IMG/VR virus record: IMGVR_UViG_3300036783_000080
Span: 1-64,000 of that record
DNA length: 64,000 bases
Origin: a virus
Taxonomy: Duplodnaviria; Caudoviricetes
Reading direction: 5' to 3' (one strand)
Part shown: piece by piece, positions 38,246-47,864 of the stretch
Numbering within the stretch: the stretch's first letter is position 1
Layout of the letters: every line of letters begins with the position of its first letter
Translations under genes and position numbers: made by a program
The notes under the pieces: generated by a model
Told to the model about the DNA's origin: nothing
The model's database searches: none
The model's input: only the letters and a program-made list of their open reading frames with translations

Positions 38246-39117
38246 CCTTCAATCTCTCCTTTCGGTGATTGGAACTGTTTGCCATTTTTGAATCCTTCTT
38301 GCGCAGCTTCTGCGTTTGTACTAACTTTTGCCGATGTAGTGGACTTCTTATTGAATGTCATACTTTCAAACGCTTCAACAACTTCAGAATCTTTCTGTAA
38401 CACAAGTCCCCATTCTTGGTTCTTCTCCTTCTGTTCTTCAAACGCCGCTCTTAATCCTTTGATGAAACCGTTGATGTAAGCATTTTTAACTGTTGTGTTG
38501 TTTACTTTCAGATTGAAAAGTTCTTTTACATACATTGTAAGCTGCATACGGTACGTTCTTGGCTCAGGGAACTTCAATTGTAGCTCTTTAATCTTGTTCT
38601 TACCAAATGTTCTCTTGTTAGAAGCAGTAAATTTAGTAACAACAAAATCTTCAAGTTCCTCTGTAGTCATTTTCTTCAGTTTGTCAACATCCAATCCAAC
38701 CTTCATAGCCGCTTCTTTCTTATGTTTTTCAAGGTACTTCTTGGACTGATATTCGATTGCTTTCTTTGCGTACTCATAAACAGATAATGCGATTGTTGTG
38801 TCTTCTTCTTTTCCTAAAAATACAATACGTTGTTTTCTTGTACCAGTTTCAAGATAAACATAGCAGCGGAAGTTTTCCCCTAATACTACAGCCAACTGTC
38901 CTGTCCACCATTTTGTAACTTCCATTTGAGTTCGGTTGTCAATAACTTTGTTTAATGTAGCTCCACCGTCAACGTCAGTCATTGACAACCCTTGTTCCGC
39001 CATTAGCTGTTGAGCTTTTAACATAGCCGCCTTTGCTTCCTGCTCGTTTGGGTTGTTCCCTGCTAATGCTAATAACTTCTTAATCCTTCTCATTGAACTC
39101 TCTTTTGCTTTTTCCAT
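38242..39117 (-). CDS. DUF2786-domain protein
   Basis: RIKKLLALA..NPNEQEAKAAMLKAQQLM motif; start moved to ATG 39117 (AGGAGCGG RBS). Confidence 0.75.
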   Translation of the reverse strand: MEKAKESSMRRIKKLLALAGNNPNEQEAKAAMLKAQQLMAEQGLSMTDVDGGATLNKVIDNRTQMEVTKWWTGQLAVVLGENFRCYVYLETGTRKQRIVFLGKEEDTTIALSVYEYAKKAIEYQSKKYLEKHKKEAAMKVGLDVDKLKKMTTEELEDFVVTKFTASNKRTFGKNKIKELQLKFPEPRTYRMQLTMYVKELFNLKVNNTTVKNAYINGFIKGLRAAFEEQKEKNQEWGLVLQKDSEVVEAFESMTFNKKSTTSAKVSTNAEAAQEGFKNGKQFQSPKGEIEG

Positions 39118-39120
39118 TTT

Positions 39121-39189
39121 AACCGCTCCTTTTTCCACTTGGTAATTGTCTTGCAAGTTAATCATAGTATAGTATACTCCAATAGTCAA
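39121..39189 (-). promoter_or_regulatory. early promoter-leader-RBS cassette (short variant)
   Basis: TTGACT-17-TATGAT then TAACTTG...CCAAGT.GAAAAAGGAGCGGTT, shared with the cassettes at 57.6-59.3 kb. Confidence 0.75.
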
Positions 39190-39192
39190 GGA

Positions 39193-39453
39193 TTATTCCA
39201 CAGAAATATTTTCTTCAACGATAATATTGTTTATATCAACGTATTCTTGTAAATAAATCATATTGGCCAGAATCTCATCAATCGTATCTACAAGTGTTTC
39301 ATACACTTCTCTCTGGTCAAGTTGGTATTGCGTTTCTAAAGGCTCTTGAAGATATAGAAGAAACAACTTTGTCAAAACAAACTTTCTAAGAGTTAACATC
39401 GTCAAAGCATAATCATCTTGAAATAAAAATAGGAACTTATCAGTTGAACGCAT
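39193..39453 (-). CDS. hypothetical protein
   Basis: 86 aa with AAGGAGG RBS. Confidence 0.55.
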   Translation of the reverse strand: MRSTDKFLFLFQDDYALTMLTLRKFVLTKLFLLYLQEPLETQYQLDQREVYETLVDTIDEILANMIYLQEYVDINNIIVEENISVE

Positions 39454-39520
39454 AAATATCTCCTCCTTAATGGATTTAATAAATGATACGCTACTCTGAC
39501 AAGTCCCTATTCCTAATCAA

Positions 39521-39892
39521 TTATAATAACCATTTTCCAGTTGCAATAAAGGAGATAATCACCGCAGCAAGTTTTAAGATGTCGATGATGATTCCTCTCC
39601 ATCCTTGCTCCTTGTCTACCTTTTCCGCAATCTTTGAAACATCTTCTTTTAACTCACGTTGACTCTCCAAGAAGTTACTGAACATAATTTCGATTCTGTC
39701 ATTGAATGATGCAACTTCATCTACTTGTTCATTTAACTTCTCGAATTTGGTCTCAACCTTTTGTTGGAACTCTTTATGTTCCTTTTTGATTTCCTTGAAC
39801 CCTTCCTTCTGAGACTCTTTAATCTCATGAAGCTCTGTCTCTAATTGTTCAAGACGTTGATTAATAAGAGCAACGTTGAATTCTTCCCTCAT
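39521..39892 (-). CDS. coiled-coil protein with C-terminal TM helix (XhlA/BhlA-like architecture)
   Basis: Heptad-rich N-terminus and hydrophobic C-terminus. Confidence 0.5.
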   Translation of the reverse strand: MREEFNVALINQRLEQLETELHEIKESQKEGFKEIKKEHKEFQQKVETKFEKLNEQVDEVASFNDRIEIMFSNFLESQRELKEDVSKIAEKVDKEQGWRGIIIDILKLAAVIISFIATGKWLL

Positions 39893-40377
39893 GACAACTC
39901 ACCAACCTCTCTGAAAGCATAAAAAGCTTGTAGAGCAAACACGGCATAGATGACTGAGCTCATGTTCATGTTATTTGCTCCCAGTAAAAAGAAACCTGCT
40001 GAAATTGAAGAATAGACAATTGCACTGAACATTAAACTTCCTCTGCGTAGGTGTTTATGTCCTTTGAAGATACCATATAAGGATATTGTACCATTCAAAC
40101 CAAATAACGTTCCCCAATGGTAAGGCTCTGAGAATGACGCAAGCATATCTGGGAATGAATCCAGTGCGTTTGTCTTCGTAAACAGAACGGCAGCCGCCCA
40201 GAAGGAGATAATCACAAGACTCAATTCAAGTATAACAGATGCATTAACACGTTCTCTTTTTCTTGCTGCTGCAAATAGCTCTCGTTGTTGTTTTAACTCT
40301 TCAACTTCCATTTCTACTTTTTGTAGTTTCTTAATTACTTCTTTTTCTTCTGTTTTGTTACACATCTTATAACACAC
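39889..40377 (-). CDS. multi-pass membrane protein
   Basis: About four hydrophobic segments; overlaps the downstream start codon. Confidence 0.6.
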   Translation of the reverse strand: MCYKMCNKTEEKEVIKKLQKVEMEVEELKQQRELFAAARKRERVNASVILELSLVIISFWAAAVLFTKTNALDSFPDMLASFSEPYHWGTLFGLNGTISLYGIFKGHKHLRRGSLMFSAIVYSSISAGFFLLGANNMNMSSVIYAVFALQAFYAFREVGELS

Positions 40378-40455
40378 CTTTCTGTTTAACGTAATTGCAA
40401 CTACAAAAAAGAATCCTACAAATCAGAATATTGTAGGATTCCAGTTGTGATAATA

Positions 40456-41436
40456 TTATGGTAAGAATTTAAATAAATCTGGGTTTGTAAGGATGTGAGT
40501 TATTTCATTGACTTGGTTATCTGTTATCTTTGTTCCAGCTGCTGGGGGATGTCCGCCACCACTCTCATGGAACATTTTCGCTACTTGTCCAAGGTCAATA
40601 TCAACAGCTTCACGTCTTCGCAAGCTCATTGTACCATAACCAATGTTAACCATAATGACAAAATCAATATCGCGATTCTCGTCACAAATTACATTACCCG
40701 TTTCTGAATGGTATGATTCGTTGAAGATAAGTCCAACATGATATTTATTGCCTTCAAGTTCAATGTCCATCTTTTTAAGTTCTTTAGACTTCTGTTTGAT
40801 ATGACGTTTAATACGTTTTTCTTCAAGTTCCAACAAACGCTGTTCTGTATGACTAAACTGAATATCTGGATTCTTCCAGAAACGTTCTTCAAAGTCCCAA
40901 AGTCCTACAATCTGAAGAAGGTCATTCAGTTGTTTGGCAACTTCGTTACCGTAAACATTTTTCCACTCCCAAGAATCGTACATGCGGACATGCTCAACGA
41001 ACTCTGCCAGGAAAGTATTGCTGCTTGCTTCGTCACTAGGGAACAAACTAATAAGAGTCTCATATAACAAGTTTGTTCCGCTTGTAATCTGATTTCTGTT
41101 TTCCTTATAGTTAGGTTGAACAGGAGTAACAGAAGCCCAATCATATTCGTTTAGCCATTCAGCGGTTTTGTGATGGTCAACTAACATGAACTTTGTAGCG
41201 GATTCAAATTCGATTAAGTCGGCCACTTCTTTATCAACAGAGATATCAGTTATGAATACTACGTCATAATTTTTGATTTCTCCTGATAAAATGAACTCTT
41301 TAACCTTCTCATTGATTTTCCCATAGGAACAATATTCAACATCTAACTGCTTTTGGAAGTAATGTCTTGCTACTATTGCACAACCAACTCCATCTAAGTC
41401 AGTGTGAGTAAATTGTTTAGCCTTGAATAATGTCAT
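40456..41436 (-). CDS. DHH/DHHA1 phosphoesterase (NrnA/NrnB-like)
   Basis: HTDLDG, ITD, VDHHKT and GGGHPPAAG motifs. Confidence 0.88.
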   Translation of the reverse strand: MTLFKAKQFTHTDLDGVGCAIVARHYFQKQLDVEYCSYGKINEKVKEFILSGEIKNYDVVFITDISVDKEVADLIEFESATKFMLVDHHKTAEWLNEYDWASVTPVQPNYKENRNQITSGTNLLYETLISLFPSDEASSNTFLAEFVEHVRMYDSWEWKNVYGNEVAKQLNDLLQIVGLWDFEERFWKNPDIQFSHTEQRLLELEEKRIKRHIKQKSKELKKMDIELEGNKYHVGLIFNESYHSETGNVICDENRDIDFVIMVNIGYGTMSLRRREAVDIDLGQVAKMFHESGGGHPPAAGTKITDNQVNEITHILTNPDLFKFLP

Positions 41437-41920
41437 TTTCTGATTCTCCTTGTCCGTTAATTGATTTCCAAATGTCTACTGCGTTGTATTGAGATTTTCT
41501 TGTAATCTCTTCGCCAAACCAAACAGGAGGTGTGAAATGTTCAGCTTCCTCTACTGTCTTAAATTCAACTTCAACTACAACAAGTGAAGTATCGTGGAAG
41601 AATCTATCAATTTCTGCAATCTTCCCATTCTCTAATTCAACCTCATACCTTACTTTCTCAAGAGGTTCATGTTGAGATAACTCAACCAGTCTGTTGTAAG
41701 TATGTTCAGTGATTGGAACTTCTGTTTCTCTTCGCTCCAACCCTTTGCCTCTTTTAACGGTTAAATTGTATTTAATAATAGCTCCAGAAACTGTCTTTCT
41801 GACACGAACTTCCTCAAACCCTGTAACGATGAACTGCTGGTTAATCAATTTAAATCTGACAGTGTCAACGCCTTCAGGAATCCCGTCAAGCTTGAAACGT
41901 CTTTCAATTTCTTTTCCCAT
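41417..41920 (-). CDS. CYTH-domain (triphosphate tunnel) protein
   Basis: EIERRF, VRVR, RRETE, KVRY and VEVEF motifs; start at ATG 41920. Confidence 0.85.
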   Translation of the reverse strand: MGKEIERRFKLDGIPEGVDTVRFKLINQQFIVTGFEEVRVRKTVSGAIIKYNLTVKRGKGLERRETEVPITEHTYNRLVELSQHEPLEKVRYEVELENGKIAEIDRFFHDTSLVVVEVEFKTVEEAEHFTPPVWFGEEITRKSQYNAVDIWKSINGQGESENDIIQG

Positions 41921-41966
41921 TCGTTCTACCACCTTTCAACATAATAAAAGGAGCGACTCATAAAAG

Positions 41967-42731
41967 TCACTCCTGAAGTTCACCTTGTCTATACAGTTTG
42001 TAATACTCTTTAGCCTTCTTTGTGAGTCTGGATATATGAGATTGACCAAATCCAACATAGTCCTCAATTTCTTGCTGCGTTTTACCCTGCGCACGTAGTT
42101 GTATAATAGGAATACATTTCTCATCATGTTTTTTAAGGATTCTCAGAAATCGTTGGAAATCGTCTGCGAACTCTAAGTCTTCATATTTCTGTTCATTGAA
42201 TCCAAATCCTTCATTAAGGTCGCACTCAACATCCCCGTCATTATTATATGAGAAGTCCATACTGAGCATGTTTTTAACTGTTTTATCGTATTCAAGAGCT
42301 TCCCTGACGTGGTTTTCCTTCTCTCCTAATTTAGAACATATTTCTTCAACAGGAGCATCAAGCAGAGCATTGGATGCTAATTTCACCCCAAGCTCTCTCA
42401 CTCTCCTTGGAACGTATATTCCATTATGTTGTGTTGCATTCAGATATGCCATCATATATCCGTTCATCATTCTATAAGCGTAACTTGAAAACTGAGCTTT
42501 TCTTCCATCTTTTTCGTGGTTAGGATTATATTTGTTATATGATTTTAAGAATGCTATTTGAGATTCTTGATATAGGTCGTCAAAAGTTAGTCCCAAAAAT
42601 TTGGCTGACTTTCTAAAACGATATGCGATTGAGTGTACCAATCTTTTGTGCTTTTTCAACACAACCTCAAAGTCCTCAAGATATTCATTATGTGGCTCAA
42701 GTGTCTTTCTTTCTTCCGCCGCTGCTCCCAT
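41967..42731 (-). CDS. RNA polymerase sigma factor, SigF/SigG/SigB-like
   Basis: LVHSIAYRF, DDLYQ, FSSYAY, VPRRVRELG and region 4 TQQEI...QSHISRL. Confidence 0.85.
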   Translation of the reverse strand: MGAAAEERKTLEPHNEYLEDFEVVLKKHKRLVHSIAYRFRKSAKFLGLTFDDLYQESQIAFLKSYNKYNPNHEKDGRKAQFSSYAYRMMNGYMMAYLNATQHNGIYVPRRVRELGVKLASNALLDAPVEEICSKLGEKENHVREALEYDKTVKNMLSMDFSYNNDGDVECDLNEGFGFNEQKYEDLEFADDFQRFLRILKKHDEKCIPIIQLRAQGKTQQEIEDYVGFGQSHISRLTKKAKEYYKLYRQGELQE

Positions 42732-42797
42732 TTCAACCTCTCCTTATCCAGTCTTTAACTAAATAAAAGAAGGAGTGCAAAAGTTCACTCCCATAAA

Positions 42798-44441
42798 TCA
42801 TATGAAATCCCAAGTAAATTCTGATTCTGATTGGAATGGATTTTTGAGCTTCTCTTTACCAATTAAGCAATAAACAAGCGCAGAAGATAAATGGTCATCC
42901 CCAACCCTTGTCGCAATTTGATAAAATTCTTGTGTTTCTTCGTTTTCTTCATCCATGACTCGCACATTCTTGACGTGCTTCGTGAACATTGAAAGCTTTT
43001 CTTCCATTCTCCAATATCCAATTTGTCTTCCTTTGATAGCGTGAAGCATACGTTGAACCGCTAATGTTTTATCAACTGTAACCACTCTTGTTGAGTCATT
43101 CCATCTGTTAATAGGCTGCGAAGCTCCTTTGAATGTTTGATACTTACAAGCCCAAACTCGTCCCTTGAATAACTGCATTAAGTAAGCATTTCTGTCAGCC
43201 CCGTACCCAAAGTCACAGACAATTAAATCTGGGTCATAAGGCGTTATAGTAGCCGCTAACATTTTTACAGGCTCTAATGGAACAGTAGGATTGTCTTTGA
43301 ACCAGAATACGTTTAGAAGGTCTGTTTGACCATCCTCTTTAATTCCGATAACGCAGCACCAGTTCGTTAGTCCCCAGTCAATTCCAACTACAATTCTAGC
43401 ATATCCCAGGCGAGCATTGATAGGGTTATCAAAGCGTTGAGCTGCTAAGATATCATCATCATTAATGATTAACCCTGTAGCTGCATAAGGCTCTCCAATA
43501 ACGTAGTTGTAATATAACTGTTTCGATTGATATTTGAACTGTCGTCTCATTATGTCATCGGCACTAATCCAAACAGCATTCAACTGAGATATGTGATATC
43601 CTCTCATATGCTTGCGGTCTGGGTGTTTAGCAACCCAATGGCCATTATACCATCTGTCAAGGGCAGCACCACACTTAGCACATGCAAACTCAAACGTACC
43701 ATCTTCAACTTCCTCTGTAACGTAGTTAATACCATTTGGCTTTAACTGTCTGATGTTATCTTCTACAGATAGAGTCTGATAATGATTACATTTCTCACAC
43801 TTATGCATATAAAAATTTTGGTCAGTCTTCGCAAACTGCTTATTTACACCACGTCCAGGGATTGTAGGCGTTGACCATCTTCTCAAACGTCCATAAGCTG
43901 AAGACTTCATACCTTCTTGGAAGGCTAGTTCAACGTTGTCCTGCATACGGTCATATTCATCGAACGCAAGAAAGTCAATATCCGCACCCTCACCCAGTGC
44001 TCCGCCCCAAGCAGAACGGAAAAGCAAGAATGATTCCCTTATCTTTTTAACCTCTAATGAGTCCATACCTTTATCACGAATTGAGTTGAAGTACGGGTTA
44101 CTGTCAAGTACGGGATTGAAACGGGTTTTAACAAAGTCAGTCAGCTGTCTGTTACGTGGAAACGTGTACATGAGCTTAACATGGTTCTTTGTATCAGCAA
44201 AGTGCAAGGCTTCTGCTACGCCCATTTCTGAAAGTCCTAACTGACGTGATTTCTGTACAATCTTATCTTCGTGTATATCGTTGATGATTTTCTCCTGCCA
44301 CGGTCTATGAGCACGTGCTCTTGCTTCGTTTCTATCGGCTATATGAAATGTAAGCGGCTTCCCACGGATTGTATAGTATTCAAGTAAGTAAAGGGAAGGC
44401 GTTTCACGAATCAACTGTTTTATGAGTTGTGATGGTTTCAT
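42798..44441 (-). CDS. terL: terminase large subunit (gpA-type)
   Basis: HRPWQ, KSRQLGLSE, FDEYD, STPT, GYHISQL, GIDWG and GDDH motifs; start moved to ATG 44441 (AAGGAGG RBS). Confidence 0.9.
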   Translation of the reverse strand: MKPSQLIKQLIRETPSLYLLEYYTIRGKPLTFHIADRNEARARAHRPWQEKIINDIHEDKIVQKSRQLGLSEMGVAEALHFADTKNHVKLMYTFPRNRQLTDFVKTRFNPVLDSNPYFNSIRDKGMDSLEVKKIRESFLLFRSAWGGALGEGADIDFLAFDEYDRMQDNVELAFQEGMKSSAYGRLRRWSTPTIPGRGVNKQFAKTDQNFYMHKCEKCNHYQTLSVEDNIRQLKPNGINYVTEEVEDGTFEFACAKCGAALDRWYNGHWVAKHPDRKHMRGYHISQLNAVWISADDIMRRQFKYQSKQLYYNYVIGEPYAATGLIINDDDILAAQRFDNPINARLGYARIVVGIDWGLTNWCCVIGIKEDGQTDLLNVFWFKDNPTVPLEPVKMLAATITPYDPDLIVCDFGYGADRNAYLMQLFKGRVWACKYQTFKGASQPINRWNDSTRVVTVDKTLAVQRMLHAIKGRQIGYWRMEEKLSMFTKHVKNVRVMDEENEETQEFYQIATRVGDDHLSSALVYCLIGKEKLKNPFQSESEFTWDFI

Positions 44442-44539
44442 ATTTCTCTCCTCCTTGTATATACAATAACAATCCATAATATGTATGAAGTTTTTTATAA
44501 AAGAAAAGACGCACACTATTGTGTACGCCTTTAGAATGG

Positions 44540-44815
44540 TTATTTGATTATAAGACCTAGTTGACTTGCTCTGTTTAAAGCGTCAACATAAGCTCGGTGT
44601 TCAGCTGTAGGCTGATGATAGTTCGCTGCCACTTCGTCAACGTGACGTCCTGTAACTTCGTATGTTTTGACATTGTCTGACATAATTAAGTTACAAGAAG
44701 TAATTTTGTGAGTAAATTGTTTTGGATGTACGTAAGCTACTGGAACTGACGTTACAACAAACGCTTTACTTTTTAAATCAACAGGAATACGTTTCATAGT
44801 TTTCACCTCTCTCAA
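44540..44815 (-). CDS. hypothetical protein
   Basis: ORF upstream of terL; the start may be the downstream MKRIP. Confidence 0.5.
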   Translation of the reverse strand: MREVKTMKRIPVDLKSKAFVVTSVPVAYVHPKQFTHKITSCNLIMSDNVKTYEVTGRHVDEVAANYHQPTAEHRAYVDALNRASQLGLIIK

Positions 44816-44847
44816 TAGTAACTACAATTAAAATATAGTGTTACACA

Positions 44848-45216
44848 TCATTCTCTTTTGCCGTCTTCATTTCTCTCATTCATAGAAGCAAACAATTGAG
44901 CTTTCAGTGCTTCCATATCACCTTCTGGAATCAACTCAGCATACCTGATTTCCTCTTCAGCTTCTATATCAGATTGGTTCTCAATAATCTCTGTAGGCTT
45001 TTGAAGAAGTAACATCTGAATCTTAGCAAGCTTTTCAAATTCAGTTACGCCAATGTCAACTTGTCCCATTTGAATCTTTCTAGCAAATTGAGCCATACCA
45101 GCATCAACAACATCCTGCATTTGACTGATTCTTGCATCATCTTTATCGTTCGCTTCACGTAGCCGCTTCTTCATTCTACGAATGCTTGTTGTAACGTAAT
45201 TAGTATTACCATACAT
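44848..45216 (-). CDS. putative terminase small subunit
   Basis: 122-aa helical protein just upstream of terL; assignment rests mainly on position. Confidence 0.4.
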   Translation of the reverse strand: MYGNTNYVTTSIRRMKKRLREANDKDDARISQMQDVVDAGMAQFARKIQMGQVDIGVTEFEKLAKIQMLLLQKPTEIIENQSDIEAEEEIRYAELIPEGDMEALKAQLFASMNERNEDGKRE

Positions 45217-45231
45217 AATTTATTCTCCTTT

Positions 45232-46085
45232 CTAGTCGTCCCACCCGTCCCATTCATAATCTTCCCATGATTGTGATTTCTTTGCCTTTTCCAACTCACT
45301 GTTTCTTGTGTCCCAAAGGATTAGCCTGAAGGTCAATCTCTTGTAAGTAACTCTGTTGATTTGACGTTTACTGTAACGTTTGTGTAGTATTTCAAGATAG
45401 TGGTGGAAGTTGTACATAGGTCAACGCTCTTTTCTCATCTTGCGTACTCTTTGAATCGGCTTTTCTTCATCAATATGATATTTAGAGTTACAAGAGAAGC
45501 AAACATCAGAGTCTCCCTGTTTTAAAGGAGCTTTACAGATTACACATTTATCTTTTACATCACACATTCCCCTCACCGCCTTGTTGTTGATATTTCTCGT
45601 GCATCTTTTTACACTCATCGCATAAGTGAACTTTACGATTCTTGATATAGTTCCCTTTCTCTGTAACGATGACTGGTGACTGAATTATGTTTGCGTGACG
45701 TTCTCCTGTAATCCAGTGAGTTGAGTGACAATAGTGACATTTCCAAAATCCTAATAGCCACATAATACCTTTTCCAGTTCTTTCTACAAGGAAAATAAGC
45801 AACCAAATTGGGAATAAGATTGGTGGGAATCTTTTGATGTCTTTAAATTTTTCTAAATAATTCATGTCTTTTAATCTTCCTTTCTTCGCAATATGCTCCG
45901 TTCCAACACTTTCGTACCTGAACACCGTTGTTAAATGTAATTAATCTATGCTGTTTATATGATAAAGTTCCCTTTTTCAAATCAAGCTTTGTTACTTCTG
46001 AACCGCAGTTATGACAGAACTGATGGCAGTCTGTAACACGTTTTCTCACTTTCTGGGAACGAACAATGTAAATATCTTCCTCCAT
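45232..46085 (-). other. cluster of four small overlapping hypothetical CDSs (45232-45417, 45421-~45555, 45560-~45865, 45843-46085), several with CxxC motifs
   Basis: ORF track plus RBS-like purine tracts; starts approximate. Confidence 0.5.
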
Positions 46086-46171
46086 TGGCTTTCACCTCTT
46101 ATTATGTAATTTCTAGTTTATATGTAAATCCTTATAAAAGAAAAGAGTGACCTTTGGCCACTCCTTAAATG

Positions 46172-46312
46172 TTATAGACGTATCTCTTCATAAGTTGTAT
46201 AGACAGGTACTTGATTAACTGGACAAATAAAGCCATCTGCAAGCGATTGCACATCAATATGGTTATTTCCGCAGGAAGAACAATCAAACACGATATAATC
46301 AAATCTCGACAT
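46172..46312 (-). CDS. 46-aa Cys-containing protein (not in ORF track)
   Basis: MSRFDYIVFDCSSCGNNHIDV...; AAGGAGTG RBS. Confidence 0.5.
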   Translation of the reverse strand: MSRFDYIVFDCSSCGNNHIDVQSLADGFICPVNQVPVYTTYEEIRL

Positions 46313-46329
46313 TATTATGAACACTCCTT

Positions 46330-46542
46330 TTAGTTATATGGGATTCCTCTTTCAAATAAGTTTCCTTCAACGTTAAATACTAGCCAAACTGCTTCTGACT
46401 CGTGATGGACGTATATTCTTGTGATAAGTCCTCCGCCCATTGTTTCTCCTTCTTTGAAGCCTTTCCAGTCGTCTATCTTATCAAGCGTTTCATCATCGTC
46501 CCAAGATTGGACTTGTTCAGGTGTTACTTTTTCAAATTCCAT
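46330..46542 (-). CDS. hypothetical protein
   Basis: Start ATG 46542 (AAAGGGG RBS), downstream of a class-II promoter. Confidence 0.55.
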   Translation of the reverse strand: MEFEKVTPEQVQSWDDDETLDKIDDWKGFKEGETMGGGLITRIYVHHESEAVWLVFNVEGNLFERGIPYN

Positions 46543-46569
46543 TTTAAATCCCCTTTCAGTTTTATACAT

Positions 46570-46601
46570 AATAAAAGGAGCATCCTGTAAAGGATACTCC
46601 T
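46570..46601 (-). promoter_or_regulatory. class-II (putative middle) promoter RGGAG-N20-T-rich box overlapping a terminator hairpin; representative copy
   Basis: AGGAG-tatcctttacaggatgctcc-TTTTATT; same 20-nt spacing at 31846, 37616, 41943, 42761, 48562, 49339, 52588, 55600 and 63241. Confidence 0.6.
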
Positions 46602-46606
46602 GAGAA

Positions 46607-46897
46607 TCACTTGTTTTTATTCTTTTGGTACCACCGTGCTATAAATAATATGGATACAAGGTAAACGTATGCCATAAAATCGCTTGACATAACAACCAAC
46701 TTTTGTAGTGATAGTGTGGTCATCGCATAGGAATAAGTCGCATAATCAACGTTCACTCCATCCCATTTATTTACTTCCATGTTGTATCCCGTCACCTTAA
46801 AGAATACTAATGCCAAGAAGAATAAACTAAGTAGGGTGATAGATAGCATGAATTTCTTGTCATCTATCACAACCTTTCTAAATAATTTCATTTTCAC
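46607..46897 (-). CDS. membrane protein
   Basis: 96 aa with two hydrophobic segments. Confidence 0.55.
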   Translation of the reverse strand: MKMKLFRKVVIDDKKFMLSITLLSLFFLALVFFKVTGYNMEVNKWDGVNVDYATYSYAMTTLSLQKLVVMSSDFMAYVYLVSILFIARWYQKNKNK

Positions 46898-46955
46898 CAG
46901 CTCCTTTTCTTTAATACTATAATATGGTGAATGCTAGTTTTTAGTACCAAAAGTT

Positions 46956-47864
46956 TTACCAGTCACTAGATGAACTTGAGCTTGAATCGTATGAACTGCT
47001 ACTATCATATGAAGAACTTGATGAATAAGATGAGCCTGAATCAGATGAACCGTATGAACGTGAGCTTGAATCATCTGAACTAGTATAAGACGGGCTGCTG
47101 TCAATTACTGAATGGCTTGAGTTCCCTGAAGTTTCAGCTAAATGACGCATAGCATCTAAGCTATCTTCAGATTGATTGTTTTGAATTTCTTTTTCTTCTG
47201 TAACTCCTGTAATATCTTCCATTAGGTTTTGAGTCATAAACGCTCCTGCAACCCAATCTGAACTGTCATTACGTTCATTGTGGTTGTGAGTATTCCAGAT
47301 TGTAGAACTCCCTCTTGGGTAACTTGAAGAACGAAGATTAACGCTGCCACTATGCATTAACAATGGACTATTTTCCTTCGTCATATTCAGATTACTTCCT
47401 TGAATTGCTGCGTTAGCAGCCTGACGTGATTCTCTCTTTGTCAAATCAACTTCTGGAACAACAGTAATTTCTTTTGCTTCTTTTTGTTTCATATATTCTT
47501 CATGCCCGACTTTTTGAATGAACTGTTCATTATGATACTGTAACAGATAATGTTTGTCGTGTTGTTGTAAGATAAGTTCTGCTTTGTATTCATCGTGACC
47601 AACATATACAATATCATCTTTACCTTCCTGTTCAAGTCCGACAATATATGTGTAAGTAGGTGTCTCATTCCTTGTGTTTAACTCACGGATAGTTCTTTCA
47701 AGTTTGAAGATTTCAGCATCTCTTCGTTCAAGAATCTGTTGAGCTTCATCCAATTCAAAAGCGTTCTGCTTGGCTTGGAAATCTGTTGTTTCAAACTTGT
47801 CCTCTAAACGGTTAATTTCATCAATGAACTTCTGACGTCCGAAAATTTTGTTAAAGATACTCAT
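46956..47864 (-). CDS. coiled-coil protein with Ser/Asp/Tyr-rich low-complexity tail
   Basis: 302 aa ending SSYDSSSSYDSSSSSSDW. Confidence 0.7.
   Translation of the reverse strand: MSIFNKIFGRQKFIDEINRLEDKFETTDFQAKQNAFELDEAQQILERRDAEIFKLERTIRELNTRNETPTYTYIVGLEQEGKDDIVYVGHDEYKAELILQQHDKHYLLQYHNEQFIQKVGHEEYMKQKEAKEITVVPEVDLTKRESRQAANAAIQGSNLNMTKENSPLLMHSGSVNLRSSSYPRGSSTIWNTHNHNERNDSSDWVAGAFMTQNLMEDITGVTEEKEIQNNQSEDSLDAMRHLAETSGNSSHSVIDSSPSYTSSDDSSSRSYGSSDSGSSYSSSSSYDSSSSYDSSSSSSSDW

Noticed and set aside
42798-44516. Intron or intein in terL, as found in some related phages
   Set aside because: The ORF is continuous and of ordinary length, with ATPase and nuclease motifs in order
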